A stretch of 31,622 nucleotides of DNA from a bacterium (lineage in GTDB: Bacteria; Hinthialibacterota; Hinthialibacteria; Hinthialibacterales; Hinthialibacteraceae), in NCBI GenBank assembly GCA_041946805.1, contig JBHGBC010000055.1, forward strand, positions 1-31,622, given 5' to 3'. Position numbers and translations under genes: made by a program. Shown in pieces: positions 21,471 through 31,580 of the stretch (position 1 is the first letter of the stretch; every line of letters begins with the position of its first letter). The notes beneath the pieces are model-generated. The model ran no database searches. It was not told the DNA's origin and saw only the letters and a program-made list of their open reading frames with translations.

Positions 21471-21658
21471 GGATCTGTTGAGATTTTGGAATGAATGATT
21501 GTCCTCCAAGGGTGCTGTTTTCCAAGCGCCAACGGCGCGCAAGAAACTAGCCCAGGGCAACGCCCTGGGGAAGTGACAATCAAAGTAACAAAATCCCTTC
21601 TCCCTCTGGGAGAGAGCCAGGGTGAGGGAATTTTACAGGGGCGGCCAGCGGGCTACCC
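21471..21658 (+). mobile_element. Chimeric MITE-like remnant (family B left part, family A right part)
   Basis: GGATCTGTTGAGATTTTGGAATGAATGATT...CAACGGCGCG...AGCCCAGGGC matches 3694-3782. After hairpin A (21595-21628), GGAATTTTACAGGGGCGG matches 13601-13619. Confidence 0.55.
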
Positions 21659-21685
21659 GGATTCCATGGATCATAGGATTATCGG

Positions 21686-23757
21686 ATGCTTTTTTTCAGG
21701 AAGCCATGGCATGGAGTCAGAATCTGCGCGAAAAGCCTTTGGGAATTCCTGGCGCGCGGCCGGATCGGCGAAACCGCCGCCGCCGCGGGTTTGGTGGTCT
21801 TGATGGTATTCGGCTTGTTGAATATCGCCCGGGGATTCATCCAGGCGGGACTCAACAGCGACGCGCTATATTTGGCCTGCCTCTACCGGGACCTCTTCGT
21901 GGATGGATACGGCTGGCGGGGCTGGAACCTGCCTCCCGCGCCGTATTTTCTTCCGGACATGGCGCTGCTCTTCACCTGCCTGAGAGTGGCCGGTGACATA
22001 GGATTCGGCTACGCGCTCTACATCGTGACGTTTTGGCTGGGAATCACCGGATTCGTTATCATCCTGTTATGCCTCAACCGCCCTCCCCGGCGGGCGCCGC
22101 TGTATGCCCTGGCCGCGATAGTGTATTTCATCGCCCTGCTGCAACTCCCGGATAATCTGCAATTGACTACCTTTTTCTTCATGCCCTCCTTTCACGCGGG
22201 GAATTTTTACCTGGGATTTCTCCTGCTCCTTTTGATCTTACGGATTCTCTCCCGGGGGGGATCGTGGCTAACCCTGGGGCTGTTTTTTTTCACCGTGATG
22301 GCTGGCAGTCTTTCGGATATTCTCATCCTGCCCCAGTTTGTCATCCCCCTCCTGCTGGCGGTGTTTTTTTTTGCGCGTTCGGCGCGGCGGGCTGGCGCGG
22401 CTTTTTCGTTCTGACCCTCCTCGCCTCCCTGGCGTCGTTCTTGTCGTACACGGTTTTGGAGGGATTGCTGCAAAAAATCCTGGACGCGGCCTTGGTGGAT
22501 CCTATCAACCGGATCAATTCCGCCCTGTGGGGTAAAACCGCCTCCCACATGGCCCGCGATCTATACGTTTGTATCACCACCGTGGACCGCGCTTTCTTCG
22601 CGTTGCTCATCGGATATTGCGCATTGCTTCTGTGGCGTCTGTATAGGACGGCCCTGGCCAAGCGGGCGCGGGAAATCCGGACTTTACCCGAACAATCCGC
22701 GGACAGATCCTTGCTGTTTTTCCTGGTGTTTACTCTTTTTTCGCTGGCCGGCTGCCTCTCCTCCAGCATCTACGCGTCTTTCTGGATCTCCCCTTCCGAG
22801 CGCCGCTACCTGTTGCCGTGTTATCTCTTGCCTTTGATCGGCGTCACGATGGCGCTTTTTCACTGCCGCGGACGGATTCCTTCCTGGTGCAAATCAATCT
22901 TATTTTCCTCAGTGGCGATTTACAGCGCCGCGGTAATCCTTCCCGAGGGGCTGATCTTGCGTTGGCAGGATTTAAGACTTCCCTACCCCAAGAACGCGCG
23001 CTGCCTGGACCGGTTGGCGTATGACACCGGCTTGCGTTATGGTTATGGCGATTATTGGAGCGCGAAATTCCTCACCGTGCATTCGCGCGCGGGAGTGCGG
23101 GTGAACCAGCTCTATCCCAACCTGGCCCTTTATTCGTGGATCAACAATTTCACCTGGTATGGAAATGCGCCTGCCGGAACGGGGCGGTATCCGGAATATC
23201 AATTCATCGTCATGGACCGCATGCAGAAAAACCGCGTTCTGGAAGAGTTCGGCGAACCGGCCTTCCAGCAAAACTGCCAAGGTAGTGAGATCTACATCTA
23301 CAACCGCCGGCAGGACTATAAATTCCGCAACTTTCTGCGCGCCCGGGTCTCCCGGGATCTCCACGCCCCGGTGGAACCCGCCTCCCTCGCGATACCCAAA
23401 CCGGACGGTTCCGGATGGGACTCGGCCTCCGGCGGAATCATCCCCGCCACGGGAGAACTGGTGGTGAGGTTTGATCCCCCGGCCCGGGGGGATCTGCTCG
23501 AGATTTCGGCCGACAACAACGACGAATACGAAGTCCGGTTATACGGTCCGGATTCTGGCGCGGACGGTTCGCTTCCGCTGGGAACGGTGCGAATTCCCAA
23601 GGTTGGCGCCCGGGGCCTGCGCGCCCGGATTCTGCCCCTGCCGGACTCCGCTCAAAACCGGCCGGTTTCTTCTGTGGTGATCCGCGCCGTCTCGGGCGAT
23701 GGTTTTTACGGCGTGGGGCATGTGTTCATTTATAAAGACACTTGGCGCGAGCGGTGA
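21686..23757 (+). pseudogene. Polytopic membrane protein (GT-C/glycosyl-modification-like), frameshifted at a T9 tract
   Basis: ORFs 21686-22414 and 22264-23757 join into one continuous multi-TM protein if T9 (22364-22372) is T10 or T7. Motifs NSD..YL, PAPYFLPD, RYLLP, GYGDYW. Confidence 0.7.
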
Positions 23758-23952
23758 GGAGAGAAAGGGGATGGATCAGCGCGCGGCGCGCGATCCAGCA
23801 AAAATCCTTCCCGTCCGGTCATGATTTTGCCTTCTTGTCCCCGCGTGATTTTTTTTGTTAAAATTTCCATGAAAATGTGAGATAATGGCTTGTCAACCGG
23901 TCGATCCCCCGATCGCGGGATTGACAATATTACAATCAATGGGGGTGGCATC

Positions 23953-25005
23953 ATGCGGCCGATAGTCGTTTTTTCCCTCGTGGCGCTTGGCGCTCTGGTT
24001 TCCTTCGCCCAGGATTCAACTCTCACGGATCAACTCATGTACGAAGGCACGTTCGAGGACTGGACCACCACTGCCTGGTGGTTCTCATCGCCCATTACGG
24101 TCACCGGTGTGTTTATCGATATTCCCGGTAACGAAACCGAGGCCATGGAATTGACCACCACCGGGGATACGGCCAATATTTGGGATGAACAGATGGGGAC
24201 CAACTGGACCACGCCCGAGAACAGCACCACCCTGGCCTGGCGGATTCAATTCCGGGTTCGGGTCGATTACGCGCCGTACAACATCCCCACGTATTTGCAA
24301 ATCAACGAGGATCCTTGGAGCGGCGTCAGCACCACGATCACCATTCCCGCCGGCTTTGAGAAGAAATGGCTATCCTACGATTTGATCCTCGGACCCTCCA
24401 ATGTGTTCACGACCGCGGACATGGGCCTGCGCTTTCAATTGGGCGCCCAAAAGGCGCAAACCCTGCAATTCGATGACATCCGGGTTTATCTCACCCAGGC
24501 CTTGACCAACCGGTCGTATGATTCCAACACCGAAAACCGCATTGTGGTGGTCCAAGGCGGAACCTATGAAGCCGTGACGATGGATGGCGCTCCCAACGGG
24601 ACTGGAATCGGGAAAGCCACGATCGACAAGCCGGGTTCATCCCTTTCCGATGCCTCCGTGGTCCTGGCCCGGATCAGTAAAAACCGGAAATACGACGGCG
24701 CCTACCGCCTGAATCTGACGGCGCGGTCCAGTGTCGCGCCGTTGCAGCTCAACGCGGTGATCACCAACGCCGTGGATGGCACGGGTACATCTTTATCGGC
24801 CGTGGAACCGGTGACTATTTCCCAAAAGAATGCTTGGACCGATCTCTCGTTTCTGATGCCCCCGGTCCCATCCGAATGGAGTCTCTTGTACCCGGTTTTG
24901 TATCTGGGTGGACAAGGCAATGTGGTCCTGGAATTCGACAATCTATATCTTTATCGCACCAATGAAGCAACTCCGGTCTCCATCCGGGATTGGTCTCTCT
25001 TTTGA
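23953..25005 (+). CDS. Secreted protein with two CBM4/9-like beta-sandwich domains
   Basis: Signal peptide ending SFA-QD. GTFEDW start, and FDDIRVY / FDNLYLY domain ends. C-terminus TPVSIRDWSLF. Confidence 0.7.
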   Translation: MRPIVVFSLVALGALVSFAQDSTLTDQLMYEGTFEDWTTTAWWFSSPITVTGVFIDIPGNETEAMELTTTGDTANIWDEQMGTNWTTPENSTTLAWRIQFRVRVDYAPYNIPTYLQINEDPWSGVSTTITIPAGFEKKWLSYDLILGPSNVFTTADMGLRFQLGAQKAQTLQFDDIRVYLTQALTNRSYDSNTENRIVVVQGGTYEAVTMDGAPNGTGIGKATIDKPGSSLSDASVVLARISKNRKYDGAYRLNLTARSSVAPLQLNAVITNAVDGTGTSLSAVEPVTISQKNAWTDLSFLMPPVPSEWSLLYPVLYLGGQGNVVLEFDNLYLYRTNEATPVSIRDWSLF

Positions 25006-25041
25006 TGGTTGGAGGATAAAGACCATTCTTCCTGGATTCGA

Positions 25042-25247
25042 TTGAGTTTTCTTCATGAATGAGTTCCCAAAACGCGGGATGGCCGTACCAGCGCCTATGG
25101 CGCTTTTCTTCTAACCCAAGAATCTGGCCGGGACCGAGCTAACCGATTCCCTCTCCCTCGGGGAGAGGGCCGGGGTGAGGAAATCTCGAAAGGGTGAGAA
25201 AAGCCCTGTGGGGGTGAAATAGGTTAGCCAGGGGAAACGCCCCTGGG
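25042..25247 (+). repeat. Degenerate family-B MITE fragment, hairpin A (25149-25180) and double-hairpin REP (25203-25247)
   Basis: TTGAGTTTTCTTCATGAATGAGTTCCCAAAACGCGG resembles 3701-3735. Confidence 0.6.
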
Positions 25248-25256
25248 GTGCTTGTC

Positions 25257-25898
25257 ATGGTCTTTCATATCGATTTCACGAAATACCGGCTGGTGGATCT
25301 CTCCCGTTTGGTGATTCCCAACCAGCCGGAAGCGGCAGACCGTCCGTTTCTTATTCAGGAAAGTTTCCTCCCCGACCGGACCTGCAAATTCGATATCCAA
25401 ACCCATAGCCATGTGGGCACGCATGTGGAGTCGCCCTGGCATTTTTATCGCGCGGGAAAAAGCATCAGCGATTTCCCCTTGGAGAAATTCATGGGCCGTT
25501 GCCGGATGCTGCGCGCCGTTCCCGCGGGGCAAGGGAATTCCGTTACCCTGGAATTCGTACGGGATGTCCTGGAGCCGCTCCGGGGGCAATTTGAGATCCT
25601 GCTGGTGCGGAACGATTCAGCCGTCAAACCTATCTTCGTGGATCTGAAGGTTGTCGAATATCTCCAGGATTTCAATCTTCAACTCCTGGTTTTCACCACC
25701 GATGTCCATTTCGGCCGGGACATGGAGGAAGGCCGCCGCTTTCACGAACTCCTGATGAGCCGCGAGGTCTGCCTGGTCGAAATCCCGGCCCAGTGCGAAG
25801 AACTCGGCCGCGACGATTTTTACCTCTTCGCCGCGCCCATGCGCGTTCAGGGGCTCGATTCGGCCATGTGCCGCCTCTTCGCGGTGGTGGAACGGTAG
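25257..25898 (+). CDS. Cyclase / kynurenine formamidase family metal-dependent hydrolase
   Basis: LVDLS, HSHVGTHVESPWH (HxGTHxD/E), AAPMRVQGLDSAMCRLFA. Confidence 0.88.
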   Translation: MVFHIDFTKYRLVDLSRLVIPNQPEAADRPFLIQESFLPDRTCKFDIQTHSHVGTHVESPWHFYRAGKSISDFPLEKFMGRCRMLRAVPAGQGNSVTLEFVRDVLEPLRGQFEILLVRNDSAVKPIFVDLKVVEYLQDFNLQLLVFTTDVHFGRDMEEGRRFHELLMSREVCLVEIPAQCEELGRDDFYLFAAPMRVQGLDSAMCRLFAVVER

Positions 25899-25952
25899 GG
25901 TAGGAGAATGCCGGGGATCGATTCACCAGGTGGGTGACAGCCTCCCGCAATT

Positions 25953-26113
25953 CCCTCTCCCTTTGGGAGAGCGTCAGGGTGAGGGATTTAGTGCCCCTTT
26001 CAAGGGGCCGCCGAATAGAAGCCCAGGATTTCAACCCTGGGCGAACCTAACCCTGGGCACAATTACTCGCCCCGCAGGGGCAATCTTAGCTCAGCCAGGG
26101 GCACCGCCCCTGG
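25953..26113 (+). repeat. REP cluster: hairpin A plus two double-hairpin REPs
   Basis: 25953-25985 is hairpin A. 25993-26043 is GCCCCTTTCAAGGGGC..GCCCAGGATTTCAACCCTGGGC. 26069-26113 is GCCCCGCAGGGGC..CCAGGGGCACCGCCCCTGG. Confidence 0.75.
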
Positions 26114-26132
26114 TACCCTTGAAAATCCCACC

Positions 26133-27662
26133 TCATTTCTCCCAAATCGGCTTCATCTCCCACGTTTTGAACGAAACCAGCCGGGCCGGTCCTTTCTCCG
26201 CGAAACCCTCGATCACCAGCCGGTCCGGGCGCAGGTCCGGGACCACCAACGTGCAGCAGGCCCGGCGGTTGACATACACCTCGACGATCATTTTGTCCAC
26301 AAAGACGCGCAGATCCAGGGACTTTTCCTCCGGTTCCAAAGTGAAATCGAATGATTCCCCGCCGATGGTCATTTTCCGGGCGGCGCGGTTCCAGGTGACC
26401 GGAACCGTGATGGCGCTCTCCGGCGCAGCCCGCAGCCGCAATCCGAACGATTCCGCCGCGCCCGGCTCGAATACCGCCTGGATCTCCACGCATCCGGTGA
26501 GGCGCTCATCCAATATGATTGGCTGAGAATCGAGGGACCGGTTCTCGATTTTTTTGAGTGATTCACGCAGGACTTCCAACTCCGGCGCGGGTTCCATGCC
26601 CAGGCTGCCGTCCGGCCGCAAGATCAAAATCCGGGGAAGCGTGAAGGCCCCATTCCACCCCGGCCCTTTCACCTCCCGGATCCATCCCCACAGAATCCGC
26701 CGCCCCTGGCCGTCCAGCAGGCCATTCGGCGCATAGAAGTTGGGGGAATAATCCAGGACGCCATGAAAGCCTGGTTTGAACGTGTAATCCGGCAGCAGAT
26801 CGCCCGTGTAATACCGCACCCGGCCGTGGGGTGAATACACCAGCACCCGCTTGCCTCCCAACGCGAAGAAATTGGGGCACTCCCAGTTGCCTTCCTGGTC
26901 CTCCGGCTTGGATTGATACAGGATGTTGAGAAATTTCCAATCCACCAGGTTGGGTGATTGATAGATGAACGCCGCGACGCGCCCGCCTTGGGGATGTCCG
27001 CCCAACACGGCGTACCAGGCGCCGTTTTCCCGCCAGACGAACGGATCCCGCCAATCCAGGATTTTCAGACTTCCATGCAGTTGTTCCGTCATCACGGGAT
27101 TGCCGGGGAATTTTTTCCAGGTGCGCAGGCCGTCCTCGCTATAGGCCATCCATTGCACCGCGCCGTCACCCGCCGGGGTTTTCGGGCCGATGCTGGTGTA
27201 GAAAGCGCGGGGGATGCCGCTCTCATCCACGACGGCGCTGCCCGAAAAGCAATGCTCCTCGCCCCGGTCTTCCGAGGGCGCCAGCGCGATCGGGAGATGT
27301 TCCCAATGGACCAGGTCCCGGCTATGGGCGTGGCCCCAATGCATGTGCCCCCAATTTTCACCGTAGGGATTATGCTGATAGAACAGGTGATATTCGCCAT
27401 TGTAGTAAATCGGGCCGTTGGGATCGTTCATCCAATTCGCGGGAGCCTGGAAATGATACGCCGGCCGGGTGGGATCCTTTGCCATGTTGATCCGGGCCTG
27501 GGCCACGGAGGCTTCCGCCTTGGCGATGGCCCCTTGGTGATACGCGTCCATGGAGGCTCCTTCGGAGGGGGACCCCGATGGCTCGGACCCGGCCGCCGTG
27601 TTTAACGCGGCTGACAACAGCGCCACGATCCAAACCATCGGTGGAGTCAATCGTGTTTTCAT
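26133..27662 (-). CDS. Secreted GH32 beta-fructofuranosidase/levanase-like glycoside hydrolase
   Basis: WMNDPNG, YHLFYQHNP, FSGSA, WRDP, WECP catalytic motifs. Signal peptide. Confidence 0.95.
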   Translation of the reverse strand: MKTRLTPPMVWIVALLSAALNTAAGSEPSGSPSEGASMDAYHQGAIAKAEASVAQARINMAKDPTRPAYHFQAPANWMNDPNGPIYYNGEYHLFYQHNPYGENWGHMHWGHAHSRDLVHWEHLPIALAPSEDRGEEHCFSGSAVVDESGIPRAFYTSIGPKTPAGDGAVQWMAYSEDGLRTWKKFPGNPVMTEQLHGSLKILDWRDPFVWRENGAWYAVLGGHPQGGRVAAFIYQSPNLVDWKFLNILYQSKPEDQEGNWECPNFFALGGKRVLVYSPHGRVRYYTGDLLPDYTFKPGFHGVLDYSPNFYAPNGLLDGQGRRILWGWIREVKGPGWNGAFTLPRILILRPDGSLGMEPAPELEVLRESLKKIENRSLDSQPIILDERLTGCVEIQAVFEPGAAESFGLRLRAAPESAITVPVTWNRAARKMTIGGESFDFTLEPEEKSLDLRVFVDKMIVEVYVNRRACCTLVVPDLRPDRLVIEGFAEKGPARLVSFKTWEMKPIWEK

Positions 27663-27778
27663 AACCGTTACCCTCGATCAGATAGGTACGGTCATGGTAC
27701 AAAAATCCCCGGTGGAAGAAAAGCAGCCGGCAAACCGAAACGAGAAGTGTGATGAGAATAAGGATGAAGGTAAGAGAA

Positions 27779-27987
27779 GGATCATCGGGAAAGTGCGTGC
27801 TTTGTTTCAGAAGACCGGATCTCGGTTTTTTGAGGATATCGGTGAGAACCACACCCCAAATCCCCTCTCCCTCCAGGAGAGGACTCGGGTGAGGGAATTA
27901 TGGCAAGGGCGGACCTAGGTGTCCGTCCCTGCCATCGAGGAGCTGAAATCTCTTTGCACCGGGAGGGATGAGTTTCCCGAAAGCGCC
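27779..27987. mobile_element. MITE-like element, family A (diverged copy)
   Basis: Left end GGATCATCGGGAAAGTGCGTGC, hairpin A at 27863-27895, GGGCGGACCTAGGTGTCCGTCCC, and a right end with TTTCCCGA complementary to the left TCGGGAAA. Confidence 0.65.
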
Positions 27988-28102
27988 AAAATAAATCAAT
28001 GAAATAATCTCTGGAATCCGCGCAAGCACTATAGTCCGCGCTGAAATTATGTTAAATAAAAAAGAATCGCAAGATAATTAAAAACCAGAGAGGGGAGACT
28101 CC

Positions 28103-28378
28103 ATGTCCATGCCTACCCGTTTCCTGCTTGTATTTGGGATCGCCTTGCTGGTGATTTACGGATGTTCGACCACCGGGAAAAAACCGGAGACCGCCACGGC
28201 GGGACATCCCCAGTTCGAAACCCTGTGCTCCAAATGCCATACCCTGGACCGCGTGACCCAGGCGCATGAAACCTTGTCCAAGGAACAAATGCGGGCTCTC
28301 GTCGAGCGCATGGCCAAAAAACCCGACTCGGGCATCGACATGAACAACATCAACGATATCGTCCGCGAGTTTTATTGA
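28103..28378 (+). CDS. Small monoheme c-type cytochrome lipoprotein
   Basis: Lipobox-like LVIYG-C, heme motif CSKCH, candidate axial Met in VERM. GGAG RBS. Confidence 0.85.
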   Translation: MSMPTRFLLVFGIALLVIYGCSTTGKKPETATAGHPQFETLCSKCHTLDRVTQAHETLSKEQMRALVERMAKKPDSGIDMNNINDIVREFY

Positions 28379-28384
28379 TTCCGG

Positions 28385-29842
28385 TCAGCGGCTGCGTTGC
28401 AGCAAGTAGTAAGTCAGCAGGCGCACGCCCGCCCCGGTCGCCCCATTATCGAAATAGGCGATTTCCTTGCTGGGCTTGGATGTGCCCGCGATGTCGAGGT
28501 GGGCCCAGGCCGGGCCGGGGGAAACGCATTGGGCGAATTGCCGCAGGAACTCGCCGCCCGCGAGGGTTCCCGCGCATTTCGGCTCGCCGATGTTCTTGAT
28601 GTCCGCCACTTTGCTTTTTACGTGGTCTTTTAATTCCGGGTAGATCGGCAGTTCCCACGCCCGGTCATCGGTGAATTCCGCCGCGTTGAGCAACGCTTCG
28701 GCCAGATCCCGGTGGGAGGCCATGAGGCCGGTGTATTCGTAGCCCAGGGCGATCACCACTGCTCCGGTGAGAGTGGCGATGTCGATGATCACTTCCGGTT
28801 CGTATTGGGTGGCCATGTAACTGTTGGCGTCCGCCAGCACCAGCCGGCCCTCCGCGTCCGTGTTGCCGATTTCCACGGTTTTTCCGCAATAACTCACCAA
28901 GACATCCCCCGGCTTGTACGACCGTGAACTGATCGCGTTCTCGGCGATCGCGCACACGAAATAGGCGTTGCAGGGGATATTCAACCGCAGCGCGTTGTAC
29001 AGCGTGCCGATGACCGCCGCCGTCCCGCACATGTCCATGCGCATGGTTTCCATCGAGCCGGTGGGCTTGAGGTTCAGTCCGCCCGTGTCGAACGTCAAGC
29101 CCTTGCCGATCAACGCCGTGTAAGGATCCTTGGAACCGCCCCCCTGATACGTGACGATGATCAGCTTCGGCTCCTTGTCACTCCCCTGATTGACTGCCAG
29201 GTGCAGCCGGAGGCCTTTCTCTTCCAGTTCGGTCTGATTCAGCACCTCGATCCGGCATCGGGCATCGGAGTCCGCGATCTCGTGGATTTTATGCTCCAAA
29301 AACACTGCATCAGCCACGTCGGCGTTCTCGTTGGCCAGATCCCGGGCCAGGTTGACCCCGTCATCGATCACCGACGAAGTATCCACCAGATCGCCATGCT
29401 CGGTTAAAATCAGTATGTTGTAGGCAAAATAATCGACCGCGTCTTCTTTCGGTGTCAGGTATTTTTTCCAGGCATAGAGCCCCAGCTTCGCGCCGTCCAC
29501 GATCCCCCGGACGGCTTCCGGCTTGTCCAACAGAGGTTTGATCCCCACCGGTTTTTTTGGAGTAAGCGGTTTGGTTTTCAGGGCTTGCTTGGTCAGGGTG
29601 GCGATCCGCCGCATCGAGACCGCTTCCGGATTGTTACCCAATCCCGCCAGCACGCACGCGCGATCCCCCTTCACTACCGGCAGGATCTCTTCCTCTTTCG
29701 CCTGAAACATATTGGCCGCCATGACTTCCCGCGCCAGGGATTGTAAGTCCGGATCAGGAATCTCGATGGGTTGATTGGATTGACAGAAAATCACCCATTG
29801 TTTGATACCCTCGGGTGGAATGGTGGATGATGTGATAATCAT
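28385..29842 (-). CDS. pepA: Leucyl aminopeptidase (M17)
   Basis: GKGLTFDTGG, DMCG, NTDAEGRL, DIATLTGA, HLDIAG. Confidence 0.95.
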   Translation of the reverse strand: MIITSSTIPPEGIKQWVIFCQSNQPIEIPDPDLQSLAREVMAANMFQAKEEEILPVVKGDRACVLAGLGNNPEAVSMRRIATLTKQALKTKPLTPKKPVGIKPLLDKPEAVRGIVDGAKLGLYAWKKYLTPKEDAVDYFAYNILILTEHGDLVDTSSVIDDGVNLARDLANENADVADAVFLEHKIHEIADSDARCRIEVLNQTELEEKGLRLHLAVNQGSDKEPKLIIVTYQGGGSKDPYTALIGKGLTFDTGGLNLKPTGSMETMRMDMCGTAAVIGTLYNALRLNIPCNAYFVCAIAENAISSRSYKPGDVLVSYCGKTVEIGNTDAEGRLVLADANSYMATQYEPEVIIDIATLTGAVVIALGYEYTGLMASHRDLAEALLNAAEFTDDRAWELPIYPELKDHVKSKVADIKNIGEPKCAGTLAGGEFLRQFAQCVSPGPAWAHLDIAGTSKPSKEIAYFDNGATGAGVRLLTYYLLQRSR

Positions 29843-30006
29843 ATCCTGTTGGCCTCGCGCATATCGGAATAAAGAAAATCCCGGTCCCGTGCAGGGCCGC
29901 GCCCATGGCATTTTGGCAATCATATACCCGGGCGGTCAAGTTGGTAAGTTGGAGATGGGAACACTGGAATCCGGCGGATCAACCTCAAATTTTTCCCCTC
30001 CTCTCT

Positions 30007-30152
30007 CCTTCTCCCATTATGGGAGAAGGGCCGGGGGTGAGAGTATTTTTATATTGTGGTGCGGGCGTCCCGCCTGCAAAATACATTTTCATATTTTTAA
30101 AGAGCCCCTTTCAAGGGGCCGTCCATGGCAGCCCTGGATATCAATCCTGGGC
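30007..30152 (+). repeat. REP cluster: hairpin A, GTGG-type REP and double-hairpin REP
   Basis: 30007-30041 is hairpin A. 30056-30078 is GTGGTGCGGGCGTCCCGCCTGCA. 30104-30152 is similar to 25993-26043. Confidence 0.7.
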
Positions 30153-31453
30153 ATACCGGACCATCAGCGCCGGGCCGGGCCGCAGCACTTCGATCCCGTG
30201 ATGCTCCGTATCGGAAAGCACTTCGATCCGGTTCTCGTCTTCTCGCAGAATTCTCGGATCGACTGGAATCACCCGGTACAACACGTCGTGCCGGCCGTCT
30301 CCCGCCACCGGCAAGGGAATCCCGTTCAAGGTGAAGGGGCTTTTCACCGCGCCGGAACCGCCATCCCAAATCACCACATGCAGCTCCGCCTGCTCGAGGG
30401 ATGCCGGATCTTGTTCCAGCCGGATGATACAGGATTTCATCTGCCCGGCGCGCGACCAAAACGGCTTGGGCAGCGACTCCGCCGGGATGTACTTGACCGT
30501 TTTTCGGCTCACCGGTTTGGCGATATCCGTGAGCGGCCGGGTAATGTAAACCACGTCATGCGTCTGGCGAAAATGGACAACCGCCATCACGGCCATGGAA
30601 TCCTGAGCGGGGAGCCGGCGGGTATCCCATTCGATCGCGTAGGGCGGAGTGTCCGCCGAACCCAGAATCGCTTGCGGCTCCCGGTTCGTGGTGAAGCCAT
30701 GCCAGTCCCGGGTCAACGTGTTCCCGTTTTCGTCAAAGCCCTCATAAAAACCCCAGTAGTCCACCCGCCCGATCGCGTCATGGAAGGATTCCGGGCAGGA
30801 CATCCGAATGGGAATCGTTTCGCTGCCTTCAGAAGACGGCAAAGCCTCTGATTCCGCCTGGAACTCCTGCAATCCCAGCCGGGCCAGGCCGGGATGATCC
30901 GGTTTCAATTCAGCCATCAGGCCGGCGTGGTCCACGATGAAATGCCCCCAGAAGGATGTCCCCTGCCCGCAGGCGAATTGAATCGCGTTGTAGCCGTTGA
31001 CCAGATCAGTGAGCCGCAGGGGGATGATGGGATACATATGGGTACAATGACCGTCCGCGGTCCCCACAGGGGATACGTGGTGCGCCCATTGATCGTAACA
31101 CGCTTGTCTGCTGTCCCCGGATGGCCTCCCCAGATCTCCAGGTAGAGAGAGGCCCCCGCCAGGTGTCCGAGGTTCTCTTCCATGAGGATCTGCATCATCC
31201 CATTGCCGCGCGCCTCGCCGCGGTTCATGAACTCGGGATGCAGGACGGCTTCCGGCGAATTGATCCGGAACCGGCTGTTGAAAAAGGGATTGCCATGCTC
31301 GATGCCTGGCTCATACCAGAATAGTTTCATGAATCCGTCTTTTGGAAATTCTCCCGGATCGCCCCAGGTGATCAGACCGCCGGCCAATCCGAGAGACAGA
31401 AATCCGGTGAGATGGATTACCCCGGCTACGATGCGCATTCCGCGGTTATTCAT
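30141..31453 (-). pseudogene. Exported hypothetical protein split by a frameshift near 31068
   Basis: Coding-like sequence continues from ...WGGHPGTADKRVTINGRTTYP (ORF 30917-31453) into VGTADGHCTH... (ORF 30141-31067) across TATCCCCT|GTGGGG. An RBS precedes ATG 31453. Confidence 0.65.
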
Positions 31454-31580
31454 ATTCTTCTCCCTCGGTGTTTTTGAATCCAGGAACTATCTTCCGCAAT
31501 GGATCGGGTACTGGCAAGCGGGGATCTGTAATATTCTCACGGCCGATTTTCTCTCACGGGCATGGATTCTCGGTCTGAAT

